Below are positions 47,975 through 60,200 of a stretch of 64,000 nt of DNA, piece after piece (the first letter of the stretch is position 1; each line of letters opens with the position of its first letter). The stretch is from Capsulimonadaceae bacterium (GTDB taxonomy: Bacteria; Armatimonadota; Armatimonadia; Armatimonadales; Capsulimonadaceae), in contig OZ244065.1 in assembly GCA_965215505.1 (NCBI GenBank), positions 1,824,001-1,888,000 on the forward strand, in the 5' to 3' direction. The notes beneath the pieces were generated by a model. The model was not told the origin of the DNA. It saw only the letters and a list, made by a program, of their open reading frames with translations, and made no database searches. A program made the translations under genes and the position numbers.

Positions 47975-48119
47975 GTCATCGGCTCTACGACGAGCCTCGG
48001 CATCCGCGTCGGCATCGTCGCCCCCGCTTTTCCTATCCCGACTGTTCCCAGACGAATTCCGAGACGAGTGAATGAATTTACTCGTCCTGTTCACCTGACT
48101 CCCGTTGAGGAAAACCCGC

Positions 48120-48833
48120 GTGGCAGACGACGTCCTGGTCGAAGAAACCTTACAGCCGGGCGCGGCCTGGTCGCACATCCTAAAGCGCGGCACGGCCCTC
48201 CGCCTGACCGATGTTGAGGGCGGGGCGAACGTCGGCGCGATCTTTTACAACGCTGACTGCTCCGTCGAACGGCTCAATATCCCGGACACGCTGAAGGCCC
48301 AGCACGTCGCAAGGCTGACACAAGGCCTGGTTCTGTACTCGGACATGGGCCGCATCCTCTGCTCGCTCACTGCCGACAGCGCGGGCTGGCATGACGCGCT
48401 GGGTGGGTGCATGGACGCAGCCGCCGTCGAGGCCAAGTACGGCGAGGCGCGCTACCAGGAGTGCCGCAACGACTTCCATCGGAACGCCCGCGACGGTTTC
48501 CTGATAGAACTCGAAAAGCACGGCTTGGGGCCGCGCGACCTGTCCCCCAACATGAACTTCTTCAGCAAAGTCGCCGTGGGCGATGACGGGGCGATGGCCT
48601 ACACACAGGGGCATTCAAAGCCGGGCGGCTTCGTAGAGCTGCGGGCCGAGATGAACGTCCTCCTCATCCTTAACTCGTGCCCCCACCCGCTCGACCCCAG
48701 CCCGCGCTACGCCCCGAAGCTGGTGCGCCTGTCCGTGCGGCGCGTCCCGCCGCCCGCCGCCGATGATGCCTGCCGCGTCTCGCGCCCCGAGAACGGGCGC
48801 GGCTTTGCCCTGACGGAGAGGTACTTCCTATGA
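48120..48833 (+). CDS. cgdA: Urea carboxylase-associated protein 1 (DUF1989; carboxyguanidine deiminase subunit)
   Basis: [34 protein letters not shown]. Confidence 0.85.
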   Translation: MADDVLVEETLQPGAAWSHILKRGTALRLTDVEGGANVGAIFYNADCSVERLNIPDTLKAQHVARLTQGLVLYSDMGRILCSLTADSAGWHDALGGCMDAAAVEAKYGEARYQECRNDFHRNARDGFLIELEKHGLGPRDLSPNMNFFSKVAVGDDGAMAYTQGHSKPGGFVELRAEMNVLLILNSCPHPLDPSPRYAPKLVRLSVRRVPPPAADDACRVSRPENGRGFALTERYFL

Positions 48834-49489
48834 GCGGCTTCATTCTGACGCACAGCGCGCTCGACCCCGCCGACGCGGCCTACAGCGCGGTCATCCCGGC
48901 AGGCGAGTCGTGGATTTATCCCATCACAAGGGGCCAGACGTTTCGCATTGTGGACCTGGAAGGCAACCAGGCCGTGGACACGCTCTTTTATGATGCCGCC
49001 GACCATGCGGACCGCTACGACTTCCAGAACACGATCCGCGCACAGGGCAACATCTATCTGACGACCGGGTCGCGCCTGATGTCAAGCAAGGGGAACGTCC
49101 TGCTGACCATCGTCGCCGACACCTGCGGGCGGCATGATACATTGGGCGGGGCGTGCGCGACCGAGAGCAACCAGGTCCGCTATGCCTTGGACAAAGGCCA
49201 CATGCACGCCTGCCGCCAGAGCTTCCTGTCGGCGCTGCTGAGGTATGACAATGGCCTGGGGAAGCGGGACATCCCCAATAATATTAACTTCTTCATGAAC
49301 GTCCCGGTCACGCCCGAGGGCGGGCTGACGTTCGAGGACGGCATCTCGGAGGCCGGGAAGTACGTCGAGATGCGCGCCGAACGGGACGTGCTTGGTCTGA
49401 TCAGCAACTGCCCACAGCTTAACAACCCGTGCAACGCCTACAACCCGACGCCGGTTCAGGTTTTGATCTGGGACGCCCATGTTTCGTAA
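48830..49489 (+). CDS. cgdB: Urea carboxylase-associated protein 2 (DUF1989; carboxyguanidine deiminase subunit)
   Basis: [40 protein letters not shown]. Confidence 0.88.
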   Translation: MSGFILTHSALDPADAAYSAVIPAGESWIYPITRGQTFRIVDLEGNQAVDTLFYDAADHADRYDFQNTIRAQGNIYLTTGSRLMSSKGNVLLTIVADTCGRHDTLGGACATESNQVRYALDKGHMHACRQSFLSALLRYDNGLGKRDIPNNINFFMNVPVTPEGGLTFEDGISEAGKYVEMRAERDVLGLISNCPQLNNPCNAYNPTPVQVLIWDAHVS

Positions 49490-52400
49490 GGTACTGATCG
49501 CCAACCGGGGTGCCATTGCCTGCCGGATCATCCGCACACTGCGGACACTGGGCATAGGGTCGGTCGCCGTCTACTCCGACGCCGACTGCCACTCCCTGCA
49601 CGTCTCGCAGGCGGACGAGGCGGTTTGCATCGGGCCGGCCCCGGCAGCACAGAGCTACCTGTCTATCGAGGCGATCTTGCAGGCCGCCCGCCGAACCGGG
49701 GCGGAGGCGATCCATCCGGGATATGGTTTCCTGAGCGAGAAGCCGGAGTTCGCCGACGCCTGCGAGGCATCGGGGATCGAATTCATCGGCCCGACGGGGG
49801 CGCAGATGCGGGCATTCGCCCTGAAACACGCCGCCCGCGCGACGGCTGAAGGGTTGGGCGTCCCCCTGCTGCCGGGGACGGGCCTGCTGCGCGGTCTGCC
49901 GGAGGCGCGGGCGGCGGCCCAGAGCATCGGCTACCCGCTGATGCTGAAAAGCACGGCGGGCGGCGGCGGCATCGGCATCCGCCTGTGCAATGGCCCCGAA
50001 GAACTAGATGAAGCCTGGGACGCCGTGCAGCGCCAGGGGGAGGCCAGTTTCGGCGACGGCGGCGCGTTCCTGGAACGCTTCATCGCGCGGGCGCGGCACA
50101 TCGAAGTGCAGATATTCGGCGATGGGAAGGGCGGGGTCGTTGCCCTAGGCGAGCGGGACTGCTCGGCCCAGCGCCGGAACCAGAAGGTGATCGAGGAGAC
50201 GCCCGCGCCCGGCATCTCGCCCGAGACCCGTGCCCGGCTGTGCGCCTCCGCCGTGCGTCTGGGCGAGGCAGTTCAGTACCGCTCGGCGGGGACCGTCGAG
50301 TTCGTCTACGACGAAGCGGCGGGCGAGTTCTACTTCCTGGAGGTCAACACGCGCCTCCAAGTGGAACACGGCGTCACCGAGGAAGTGACCGGCATTGACT
50401 TGGTGGCGTGGATGGTGCTGCAAGCCTCCGGCGACCTGCCGCCGCTTTCGTCTTTTACCATCAGCCCACGGGGCCACTCGTTCGAGGCCCGGATCTATGC
50501 CGAGGACGCCGGGCGCGGCTTCCAGCCGAGCATCGGCCGCCTGACGCACGTCCGATTTCCCGACACGGCGCGGGTGGAAACGTGGGTCGAGGCGGGGACG
50601 GAGATCACCCCTTATTACGACCCGATGGTCGCCAAGCTGATCGTGCATGGCGCGGACCGGCCGCAGGCTTTGGCTGCCCTGCGAGATGCGCTGGGCCGGA
50701 CGCAGCTTGCGGGCATCGAAACCAATCTGGATTATCTTCGCAAGTTCTGCGTTGCGCCCGCGTTTGCCGAAGGCGCGGTCATGACTTCATTCCTCTCCCG
50801 GTTTCCCTATCAGCGCACGGCCATAGAAGTCATCGCGGGCGGGACGCAGACGACGGTGCAGGACACGCCGGGGCGGCTGGGATATTGGAACGTCGGCGTG
50901 CCGCCGTCAGGTCCGATGGACGGCCTGGCCCTACGGCTGGCGAACCGTCTGGTCGGAAATGAGGCGGGAGCGGCGGGCCTGGAGATGGCGGTGAGCGGCC
51001 CGACCTTGCGCTTCGGCTGCGAGGCGGTCATCGCGCTGGTCGGCGCACCGATGGAGGCGACATTGGACGGTGAACCCGTCCCCTTCCGGCAGGCGGTCCG
51101 CGTGGCGGCGGGCGCAACTCTGAAGATCGGCATCGCGAACGGACCGGGCCTGCGGGCCTACCTTGCGGTCGGCGGCGGGCTGGAAGTCGGCGAGTATCTG
51201 GGCAGCCTCAGCACGTTCATGCTGGGCGGCTTCGGGGGGCATGACGGGCGCGCGCTGCGCCCCGGCGATGTCGTCCACCTCAAAACACCGGGCGCGGGCA
51301 TGGACCGGGTGGGAACGGCGCTGCCGCCGGCCCTGACGCCGGCCTACACGGATGCCTGGCGCATCGGCGTCCTGTACGGGCCGCACGGGTCGCCCGACTT
51401 CTTCCGGGACGACGACATCGCCATGATCTTCGGCACCGACTGGAAGGTGCATCACCAGTCGGACCGGACCGGCATCCGGCTGATCGGCCCGAAGCCGCAA
51501 TGGGCCAGGCTTGACGGCGGCGAGGCGGGCCTGCACCCATCCAATATCCACGACAATGCCTACGCCATTGGGACGGTGGACTTCACCGGCGACATGCCCA
51601 TCTTGCTCGGCCCGGATGGTCCCAGCCTGGGCGGCTTCGTCTGCCCCGCGACAATCATCCACGCGGAGCTATGGAAGATGGGCCAGCTCCGGCCCGGCGA
51701 CACGGTGCGCTTCCAGGCCGTGACGGCGGCCCAGGCAGACGACATGGCGCGGCAGCTCGACGAAGCCGTCGCCTCGCTCCGGTCCCCTCTGCCCTCGCTG
51801 CCCCCGCCCGTCGTTCAGCCGCCCGAGCCGGCGATCCTCGCTTCTCGTCCGGCCACGGAGAATGCGCCAACAGTCGTCACGCGCGCCGACGGGGACCGCT
51901 CCCTGCTGGTGGAGTTCGGGCCGAACGTGTTAGACCTGTCCCTGCGCCTCCGGGTCCACGCGCTGGAGGCCACGCTCCGCGCGATGCATCTGCCGGGCAT
52001 CGTTGACATCACGGCGGGAGTTCGCAGCCTGCAAGTGCATTACGACACGAGCCGTCTCCCGCGCGAGGCGCTTCTGGAAGCCTTGCGGGCGGCGGAGCAG
52101 GCGATACCCGCTGACCTGGACATCACGGTGCCGTCGCGCACCCTGCACCTCCCGCTGTCGTGGGACGACCCGCAGACGCGGCTGGCGGCGGAGAAGTACA
52201 TGCAGACGGTCCGCCCCGATGCGCCCTGGTGCCCGGACAACATCGAGTTCATCCGCCGCATCAACGGGCTAGGCTCGGTGGACGACGTGCAGAAGATCAT
52301 CTTCGATGCAGGTTATCTCGTGCTGGGCCTGGGCGACGTTTACCTCGGGGCGCCCGTGGCGACGCCCACGGACCCCCGGCACCGGCTGGTCACGACCAAG

Positions 52401-53090
52401 TACAACCCCGCGCGCACCTGGACGCCGCAGAACGCTGTCGGCATCGGCGGCGCGTACATGTGCATCTACGGCATGGAGGGGCCGGGCGGCTATCAGCTCT
52501 TCGGGCGGACCACGCAGGTCTGGAATACTTTCAAAAGTACGCGGGAGTTCGAGCCGGGGACGCCGTGGCTGCTGCGCCCCTTCGACCGAATACGGTTCTA
52601 TCCCGTCAGCGCCGCCGAGCTGCTGGAGATGCGCGACGCTTTCCCGCACGGCGAAATGTCCTTGGCGATCGAGCCGGGCGAGTTCAGTTACCGCGAGTAT
52701 CTGGCGTTCCTGGACTCGATCAAGGACGAGGCGGAGGTCAGCCGGGCGCGTCAGCGGGAGGCGTTTGAGGCCGAGCGCGCCCGCTGGGCCGAGGCGGGGC
52801 AGACAGCAGGATTTGACGCTGAACAGGGCGACGCCGGCCCGCTGGCAGGTGGCGAGATACCGGAGGGCTGCGAGGCAGTGCCCTCCCCAATGACGTCGAG
52901 CGTCTGGAAGGTCCTGGTGGAGCCGGGGCAGCGCGTCGGCGCGGGCGAGACGCTGCTGGTGCTGTCGGCCATGAAGGTCGAGTGGGCGGTGACTGCTCCC
53001 AGTGAGGGCATCATTGAGGAAGTGCTGGCGCGGCCTGACGCGCTCGTGATGCACGGGCAGGCCCTCGTCATCCTGCGGACTGGAGACTGA
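49479..53090 (+). CDS. uca: Urea/guanidine carboxylase
   Basis: Biotin carboxylase domain ([17 protein letters not shown]), [19 protein letters not shown], biotin Lys in AMKV. Confidence 0.95.
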   Translation: MFRKVLIANRGAIACRIIRTLRTLGIGSVAVYSDADCHSLHVSQADEAVCIGPAPAAQSYLSIEAILQAARRTGAEAIHPGYGFLSEKPEFADACEASGIEFIGPTGAQMRAFALKHAARATAEGLGVPLLPGTGLLRGLPEARAAAQSIGYPLMLKSTAGGGGIGIRLCNGPEELDEAWDAVQRQGEASFGDGGAFLERFIARARHIEVQIFGDGKGGVVALGERDCSAQRRNQKVIEETPAPGISPETRARLCASAVRLGEAVQYRSAGTVEFVYDEAAGEFYFLEVNTRLQVEHGVTEEVTGIDLVAWMVLQASGDLPPLSSFTISPRGHSFEARIYAEDAGRGFQPSIGRLTHVRFPDTARVETWVEAGTEITPYYDPMVAKLIVHGADRPQALAALRDALGRTQLAGIETNLDYLRKFCVAPAFAEGAVMTSFLSRFPYQRTAIEVIAGGTQTTVQDTPGRLGYWNVGVPPSGPMDGLALRLANRLVGNEAGAAGLEMAVSGPTLRFGCEAVIALVGAPMEATLDGEPVPFRQAVRVAAGATLKIGIANGPGLRAYLAVGGGLEVGEYLGSLSTFMLGGFGGHDGRALRPGDVVHLKTPGAGMDRVGTALPPALTPAYTDAWRIGVLYGPHGSPDFFRDDDIAMIFGTDWKVHHQSDRTGIRLIGPKPQWARLDGGEAGLHPSNIHDNAYAIGTVDFTGDMPILLGPDGPSLGGFVCPATIIHAELWKMGQLRPGDTVRFQAVTAAQADDMARQLDEAVASLRSPLPSLPPPVVQPPEPAILASRPATENAPTVVTRADGDRSLLVEFGPNVLDLSLRLRVHALEATLRAMHLPGIVDITAGVRSLQVHYDTSRLPREALLEALRAAEQAIPADLDITVPSRTLHLPLSWDDPQTRLAAEKYMQTVRPDAPWCPDNIEFIRRINGLGSVDDVQKIIFDAGYLVLGLGDVYLGAPVATPTDPRHRLVTTKYNPARTWTPQNAVGIGGAYMCIYGMEGPGGYQLFGRTTQVWNTFKSTREFEPGTPWLLRPFDRIRFYPVSAAELLEMRDAFPHGEMSLAIEPGEFSYREYLAFLDSIKDEAEVSRARQREAFEAERARWAEAGQTAGFDAEQGDAGPLAGGEIPEGCEAVPSPMTSSVWKVLVEPGQRVGAGETLLVLSAMKVEWAVTAPSEGIIEEVLARPDALVMHGQALVILRTGD

Positions 53091-53091
53091 C

Positions 53092-54903
53092 TTGGACACT
53101 CTCAGGCTGGACCTGACCGCCCTGCGCGCGGCTTATGATTGCGGCGAGACGCCCGCCTCGGTTCTGGACCAGGTGTATGCACGCATCGAGGGGGCTGACC
53201 TGAACCCGGTCTGGATCTCACTCGTACCCCGCGAGACGGTGATGGCGCGGGCCGCAGAGATCATGCGCGGCGACCGGGCGACGCTTCCACTCTACGGCGT
53301 CCCGTTCGCCGTCAAGGACAACATGGACGTGGCCGGAATGGAGACGACGGCGGCCTGCCCCGCATTCGCCTACACCGCCGAAGAGACGGCGACGGTCGTA
53401 AAGCGCTTGGAAGAGGCGGGGGCGATCCTCGTCGGTAAAACGAACATGGACCAGTTCGCGACGGGTCTGGTCGGGGTGCGATCCCCTTATGGGGCCTGTT
53501 CCAGCGTCTTCGACGACCGCTGCGTCTCGGGCGGGTCGAGTTCCGGGTCGGCGGTGGCCGTCGCGAGCGGGCTGGTCAGTTTTGCGCTCGGCACAGACAC
53601 CGCCGGGTCAGGGCGCGTCCCCGCCGCCCTCAACAATCTGGTCGGCCTGAAGCCGACGCGCGGCAGCCTCAGCGCAAGCGGCGTCGTCCCGGCCTGCCGC
53701 TCGCTCGACTGCGTCTCGATCTTCGCGCTGACGGCGGACGATGCCGGTCAGGTCTTCGAGGCGGCGCGCGGCTTCGACGCAGCCGACCCCTACTCCCGCC
53801 GGTCGGCAGGCGAGGATGCCCCGTCCCCCTGGCTCGGCGGCCCGTTCCGCTTCGGCGTACCCCACCAAGAGCAGTGGGAGTTCTTCGGCGACGGCGAGGC
53901 AAAGGAGCTGTACGAAGCCTCTATTCGTGCCCTGGAGGCGCTGGGCGGCGTCGCCGTGCCGTTCGACTTTGGCCCGTTCCAGGAGGCCGTCGCGCTGCTC
54001 TACTCCGGCCCCTGGGTGGCCGAGCGCCAAGCCGCACTGGGGGAGTTTTTCGCCGCACACGCCGAGGACGTTCACCCGGTCGTGCGCGGCATCATCGCGG
54101 GCGGCGCGAAGTTCAGCGCCGCCGACGGCTTCCTCGCCCAGTACCGTTTGGAAGAGCTGCGGCGGCGGACGGACGCGGTCTGGGAGGCATCGGACCTGCT
54201 GCTGATGCCCACGACGGGGACGACGTACACGCTGGCGGAAGTCGAGGCCGAGCCGGTGCGGCTGAACACGAACCTGGGCCATTACACCAACTTCGTCAAC
54301 CTGCTCGACCTGGCCGCCGTCGCGCTGCCCGCCGGGTTCCGCCCGGATGGCCTGCCGTTCGGCGTTTCGCTCATCGGGCGGGCGCGCACGGACCGGGCGC
54401 TGCTGTCGGTCGCCGACCGGCTGCACCGGCACTCGGGAGGCATAGTCGGCGGCCTCACGACATTGCTGGCCGAAACCGCGCCCTTGACGCCGCCGCTCGC
54501 GCCGCCGGGATGCACTTTGCTGGCGGTCGTCGGCGCGCACCTGACCGGGCAGCCCTTGAACCGGCAGTTGACGGAGCGCGGGGCGCGGCTGTCGGCGACT
54601 ACGAAGACCGCGAGCGGCTACCGGCTGTACGCGCTGCCCGACACGACCCCGGCGAAGCCCGGCCTGGTGCGCGCCCCCGGCTTCGAGGGTGCGGGCATCG
54701 AGGTGGAGGTCTGGGCCATTGCGACTTCCCACTTCGGCAGTTTCGTCGCCGCCATCCCCGCGCCGCTCGGCATCGGCAGCGTGGAACTGGCGGGCGGGGC
54801 GGTCGTGAAGGGGTTCGTCTGCGAGCCGTTCGCGGTGGCATCGGCGACCGAGATCACGCATTTCGGCGGGTGGCGGGCTTATCTCGCCTCCGCTCGGGCA
54901 TGA
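53092..54903 (+). CDS. atzF: Allophanate hydrolase
   Basis: VKDN, GKTNMDQFATGLVG, GGSSSGS, GTDTAGSGRVPA; C-terminal VVGAHL.G.PLN domain. Confidence 0.93.
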   Translation: MDTLRLDLTALRAAYDCGETPASVLDQVYARIEGADLNPVWISLVPRETVMARAAEIMRGDRATLPLYGVPFAVKDNMDVAGMETTAACPAFAYTAEETATVVKRLEEAGAILVGKTNMDQFATGLVGVRSPYGACSSVFDDRCVSGGSSSGSAVAVASGLVSFALGTDTAGSGRVPAALNNLVGLKPTRGSLSASGVVPACRSLDCVSIFALTADDAGQVFEAARGFDAADPYSRRSAGEDAPSPWLGGPFRFGVPHQEQWEFFGDGEAKELYEASIRALEALGGVAVPFDFGPFQEAVALLYSGPWVAERQAALGEFFAAHAEDVHPVVRGIIAGGAKFSAADGFLAQYRLEELRRRTDAVWEASDLLLMPTTGTTYTLAEVEAEPVRLNTNLGHYTNFVNLLDLAAVALPAGFRPDGLPFGVSLIGRARTDRALLSVADRLHRHSGGIVGGLTTLLAETAPLTPPLAPPGCTLLAVVGAHLTGQPLNRQLTERGARLSATTKTASGYRLYALPDTTPAKPGLVRAPGFEGAGIEVEVWAIATSHFGSFVAAIPAPLGIGSVELAGGAVVKGFVCEPFAVASATEITHFGGWRAYLASARA

Positions 54904-55004
54904 GGCGGCCCCGGCTTCCGGGCGAGACGTGCGTTGTCCGCCCGTACTTGGGGTAAGACGAAGACGCCGGGCGATCCGTCCCGCCCGCAGGAGAGGAAGA
55001 CCCC

Positions 55005-55838
55005 ATGTTCATTCGCCTTGGCTACGAGATCGTGTTTGACGTCCCGAGACCCCTCCCCATGATCCTCCTGCTGCACACGCTGCCCGACCGGGCGGCGGAT
55101 CTGCGCCAGCCGGAGCGGCTGCGGGTTTCGCCGGAGACGCCCACCACGGAGTTCATAGACCGCTTCGGCAACCGCTGTACGCGCCTGCTCGCGCCCCCCG
55201 GCGAGCTGCGCCTGTGCAGCGACTTCGTCATCGAAGACAGCGGGCTGGTCCTGCCAATCAAGATGGACGCCATCCAGCACGAAGTCGAGGACCTGCCTAA
55301 TGAGTGCCTGGAGTTCCTTCTGCCCAGCCGCTACTGCGAGGTGGACAAGATGGGCGACATCGCCTGGGAGCTGTTCGGGCACTTCCCGCGCGGCTGGGCG
55401 TGTGTCCAGGCGGTCTGCGACTGGGTTTTTGCGAACGTCGAGTTCGGCTACCAGTATGCCCGGCCAACCAAGAGCGCCTACGACGTCTACGAGGAGCGGC
55501 GGGGCGTCTGCCGCGACCTGACGCACCTGGCCGTCACCTTCTGCCGCGCCCTGGGCATCCCCGCCCGCTATGCGACGGGCTATCTGGGGGACATCGGCGT
55601 GCCGACGGACGTGAACCCGATGGACTTCAGCGCCTGTTTCCAGGTCTATCTGGGCGGCGAGTGGCACCTGTTCGACGCCCGCCACAACGTCCGGCGCGTC
55701 GGCTGGGTGCTGATGGCGACCGGGCGGGACGCCGCCGACTGCGCCCTGACGACCTCCTACGGTTCAAACACGCTCAAGAAGTTCACCGTGTTCGCCGACG
55801 AGGTTTCCTCGCCCGACCTGCCGCAGCCCCGCTGCTGA
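55005..55838 (+). CDS. Transglutaminase-like protein
   Basis: PSRYC, GVCRD..H, ARYATGYLGD, DFSA, GRDAAD. Confidence 0.88.
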   Translation: MFIRLGYEIVFDVPRPLPMILLLHTLPDRAADLRQPERLRVSPETPTTEFIDRFGNRCTRLLAPPGELRLCSDFVIEDSGLVLPIKMDAIQHEVEDLPNECLEFLLPSRYCEVDKMGDIAWELFGHFPRGWACVQAVCDWVFANVEFGYQYARPTKSAYDVYEERRGVCRDLTHLAVTFCRALGIPARYATGYLGDIGVPTDVNPMDFSACFQVYLGGEWHLFDARHNVRRVGWVLMATGRDAADCALTTSYGSNTLKKFTVFADEVSSPDLPQPRC

Positions 55839-55850
55839 AGGCGTCCGGAC

Positions 55851-57203
55851 CTAGTCGCCCGCCCCGCGCCCGAGCGCCGCCTGGAGCCGGGCGCGGGCGA
55901 TGACCAGGTCCGCCTTCGCCTGGGCCGACGTCCCCTGCGCGCGTGTCAGTGCGGAGAGGGCGTCAAGTCGTTCGGCGGTCACGGACTTGCCGGCATTGTA
56001 GCGCAGAATTGCCAGAGTGTAAGCCTCTCGGGCGGCGGCTACCCCAGCCGTCGCCGCCTGCCCCGAGGCCGTCGCCGTCTGCACTGTCAGCCAGGCCCCA
56101 GCGACCTGGCCGTCTACGGTCTGCCGGGCCTGGAGCGCGTCCGCCCGCGCCCGGTCCAGTTTAGCCTTCGCGCCGTCGGCGTCGGCCCGCCGCTGGCCCG
56201 CGTCGTAGAGCGGCAGGCTGGCCGTCAGCCCCACCGTGTACCCCACCCTTCCGACGCCCGCGCCGGTCATGGCGTCCCCCATCGCGACTCCGTACACCTG
56301 GGGGGCGTATTCGCCCCGCGCGGCACTCACCCCCGCCTGCGCCGCCTCCACCTGCCGTTGTGCCGCCGCCAATTCGGGGCGATGGGCGTCCGCTTGGAGC
56401 AGTGCCTCTTGAAGCGTGGCCGGGAGAGGGGCCTCTGCCGCCAAACCATCAAGCGTGTCGGACAGGGTGATCTCAGACGCCTGGGACACGCCCAACGCCG
56501 TTTTGAGGGCGATCAAGGCGAGCGCGGCGTCGTTCCGGGCGGCGAGCAGCGCCTGCCGCGCGTCCGCCTGCTCCGCCTGCTCGCGCAGCAGGTCCACGGG
56601 GGCCGAACGGCCCGCGCTCACTTTTTCCTGCGTCACGCGCACCTGCTCGTCTTCGGCGGTCAGCCGCGCCTGGGCCACGGCGACCAGGGCATCCCGGCGG
56701 ACGGCGTCGGCGTAGTCCTCGGTGACGGTTTCGGTCACGTTCAGGCGCGCGGCCTGCACGGACAGGGCGGCGGCCTCACCCTGATGCCGCGCCGAGGCCG
56801 ACGCGCCGCCCAGTCTCCCGCCGGTGAACAGCGGCACCATGAGCATGAGGTCCTGGTTGGCGAAGCCGTGCGGCGGGACCGCGAAGATGTTCTGTGGCAT
56901 GACGCCGGGCGAGGAGGTCAGGATATTGGCCGAGTCGCCCGCCGTTCCGTAGGTGGTCGCGGACAGGCTGGGCTTGGTCTGCGCCGCCGTAGACCGGGCC
57001 GAAGCGGAGGCGGAGTCCGCGTCGGCCTGTGCCTGTTTCAGCGCGGGGCTGTCGGCGGAGGCGACCGCGAGGGCGTCCCGCAGAGACAGCGCCGCGTTGT
57101 TGACAACGGGCGGGGCGGGCATGGCCTGAGCATCGGCGGCGTGGGCCATGCCGGGAAGGAGGGCCAGCACTGAGGCGGCCAGGGGCAGGAGGCGGTATTT
57201 CAA
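55851..57203 (-). CDS. TolC-family outer membrane efflux protein
   Basis: Signal peptide; VPLFTGG, HRPEL, LPLYDAG, RYNAG; last gene of the RND operon. Confidence 0.85.
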   Translation of the reverse strand: MKYRLLPLAASVLALLPGMAHAADAQAMPAPPVVNNAALSLRDALAVASADSPALKQAQADADSASASARSTAAQTKPSLSATTYGTAGDSANILTSSPGVMPQNIFAVPPHGFANQDLMLMVPLFTGGRLGGASASARHQGEAAALSVQAARLNVTETVTEDYADAVRRDALVAVAQARLTAEDEQVRVTQEKVSAGRSAPVDLLREQAEQADARQALLAARNDAALALIALKTALGVSQASEITLSDTLDGLAAEAPLPATLQEALLQADAHRPELAAAQRQVEAAQAGVSAARGEYAPQVYGVAMGDAMTGAGVGRVGYTVGLTASLPLYDAGQRRADADGAKAKLDRARADALQARQTVDGQVAGAWLTVQTATASGQAATAGVAAAREAYTLAILRYNAGKSVTAERLDALSALTRAQGTSAQAKADLVIARARLQAALGRGAGD

Positions 57204-60200
57204 GCGTAGTCCCTCTCGGTATGGACAGCGACGGGCGTCTGGACGCCAACGTCCGGGGCGGGCCGACGTCGGGTAGCCCACCGGCCGATGTCGTCCACGA
57301 TGGCGTGCATGACGGGGATGACCAGCAGGGACAGGGCCGTGCCGACGGTCAGGCCCGCGACGATCACAGTCCCCAAAGGCTGGTAGGCGTCCATGCCCGT
57401 CCTGGGGGCCAAGGCCACGGGCAGCATCGTGATGATCGTGATCAGGGCGGTCATCAGGATCGGGCGCAGTCGGTCCCGGCAGGCCAGGGCGATGGCCTCG
57501 TCGCGCGGCAGGTTCCTTTCGGCCCGACGCCGCCGGATCTGGTCAATCAACAGAATGGCGGTCGTGATGTCCATGCCGGTCAGGACGATCACGGCCATGA
57601 TGCTGACGCTGGAAAACGCCTGGTGCGCCAGCCACAGGCCGAGGAACACGCCGGTCAGCTCCAGCGGGACCGAAAGCACCATCTGGAGCGGGGCCAACGG
57701 CCCGCCGAACTGTGCGACCAGGACGAGGAAGATGAGCAGGACGGCGATCTCCAGGCCGCGCAGGAGGCGGGCGAAGCTGTCCATCATCTGGGTCATGTCC
57801 CCGCGCATCTCCAGCGAGTAGCCCGGCGGAAAGTTCAAGGCTGACGAGGCCTTCGTGATGATCGTCATGGCAAGATCCATCGAGGGCGGCCCGCCCTTGC
57901 GGTAGTAGGCCAGGACCGAAACCGAGCGCCGCAAGCCGTCGTGCTGGATCAGGGTCGGCGCGAGCTGCGAGGTCGCCGTCGCCAGCGTCTTGAGCGGCAC
58001 CTGGACGGCGTCCCCAGCCTCAGACTTACCCGTGATCGGCATCTGCATCAGGTCATAGACGGAGCGGCGCTGGATGCCCGCGTAGCGGATGTTGATGGTG
58101 TCCTGGCGGACGTTCGGCAGGCGGTAGAACTCGTCGGCCAAAGCGCCGCCCATGGCGTAGTAAGCCTGGTCGGCGACATCGGCGGGCGTCAGGCCGATCT
58201 CGGCGGCGCGGCGTGGGTCAACGGTCAGGGTATAGGACGGCTTCTCCACGGCCCATGAAGTAGAGACCTGGTACGCGCCCGGAGTCCGCCGGGCGACGTC
58301 CGCCACCTGGCCGGCCAGCTTGGACAGGACGTTCAGGTCGGGTCCTGTGACCAGGACTGTCACGGGGGCTTCGGAGGAGGCCATGACGTCGCTGCCCATC
58401 TCTTTGATCTGGAGGCGGCGGACGTTCGGGATCGTCGCCAGGGCCTCTTTTTGCACGGCGTCAATCACCTGCCAGACGGTGGCGGCGCGGGCATCCTTAT
58501 CCGAGAGCGTGATCATCATGGTGGCGCTGTTCACCTGGCTCATTGCGTAGCCGGTGAAATAGGTCCCGCCCGGCTCCGCCCCGATCTCAGTAGACACCTT
58601 CTCGATCTCACGGTGACGCAACATGATCTTTTCCAGGGCGTTCGTCGCCGCCTGGGTCTGGGCGTAGCTTGCCCCCGGCTCCATTTCAAGCACGCCATAG
58701 GCCTGCCCGACATCGGCCAGCGGCATCATCTCGCTCCCGATGAAGTGGTAGAAGCCGAAGCCGACGATGATGGTGCAGACGGCGGCGGCCACGACGGAGA
58801 ACTTGTTGCGGAGCAGCAAGCGGACCAGGCCCTGGTAGCGGTCGTCCAGGCGGCCCAGCCCGCGCTGCGTGGGGGCCAATACGCTCCGGGCGAACCAGCC
58901 GCGCCGTTCCAGGGCGTCCTCCTGCCGCAGCAGTTTCGAGGCCAGCACGGCGGTCAGGGTCAGGGACACGAGGAACGAGGCGATCAGCCCAAAGATGATG
59001 GGGTAGACCAGCCCGACGAACATGAGCTGTGTGATGCCCCCGCAGAAGACCAGCGGCAGCAGGGCCAGGACGAGCATGAGGGTGGAGGCGGCCACGGCCA
59101 GTCGCACCTCGGTGATGCCGTCAACCGTGGCTGTCTTCGGGTCCTTACCCATCTTCAGGTGCCGCTCGACGGCATGGATGTCAATGACCGAGTCGTCCAC
59201 GAGCCGCCCGATGGACACGAGCAGGCCGATCAGGGTGGAGGAGTTCAGGCTGAAGCCGAACGGGACCATGAGCAGGATCGCCATCGCCATCGAGACGGGG
59301 ATAGTGATGACCGAGATCAGGGTCGCCCGCCCGCTGCCGAGGAAGAACAGGACGGCCAGGCCGCACAGCCCGATCGCCACGGCCAGCTCCTCGCCGGTGT
59401 TGTGGAACAGGATGTTGACGAAGTGGGCGTTGTCGTAGGCGACCCGGAAGTGCAGGCCGGGGTGGTCCGATTCGAGCGGAGTCACCTGCGCCTGCACGGC
59501 GGCGATGACGGGCGGCGAGCCGGCGGCGGGGTCCTGGATGACGGCCATTTCCACCGCGCTGTTTCCCAGGCCCTCGATCGTGTGACGCTGCCCGTCTACG
59601 AACTCGTAGCCGCTGCGCTGCTCGCGGGCGTCGTCCGTGACGGCCGCCACGTCCCGGAGGTAGACGACTCGGCCGTCCTTCGCCCCGAGCGGGTAGTCTG
59701 CGACGGTCTGCGCGTTCTGGGCAAGGCCCGCGACGCGGACGATGCTCTCGTTCAGCCCGCCGGTCAGTACGCCTGCGGGTTTGGCAACCGAATTCTTGTC
59801 TACGGCGTCGCGCACGTCCAGGATGGAGTAGCCGTAGGCGGCCAATTTGTCCCGGTTGACGACGATGCGGAGCTGCCGTTTCAGTCCGCCGTACACCTCG
59901 ACCGACTGCACATTCGGCACCTGCTTGAGCGCGCGCACGCCCTCGTTCTCGGCGAACTGGCGCAGGGCCGTTTGCGTCCAGCCCTTGTCCGGGTCGCCGG
60001 TCAGCGAGAGGGACAGGACGGGGATGTTGAGCGGGTCAATCGGCAGCACCCAGGACGGTTTGAGGTTCGCGCCGGTCTGCGGCAGGTCCGCCTGGGCGGC
60101 GTTCATGACCGATTGCACGTCCGCCTGCGCCTTCTTCATGTCGGTGCCGTAAGGGAACTCCAAAGACACGATACTCAGGCCGTCCTGTGATGTAGAGCGG

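Noticed and set aside
47975-48110. Canonical guanidine-I/II riboswitch upstream of cgdA
   Set aside because: No ykkC consensus and no pair of G-ACGR-C hairpins visible; only the partial motif reported under findings
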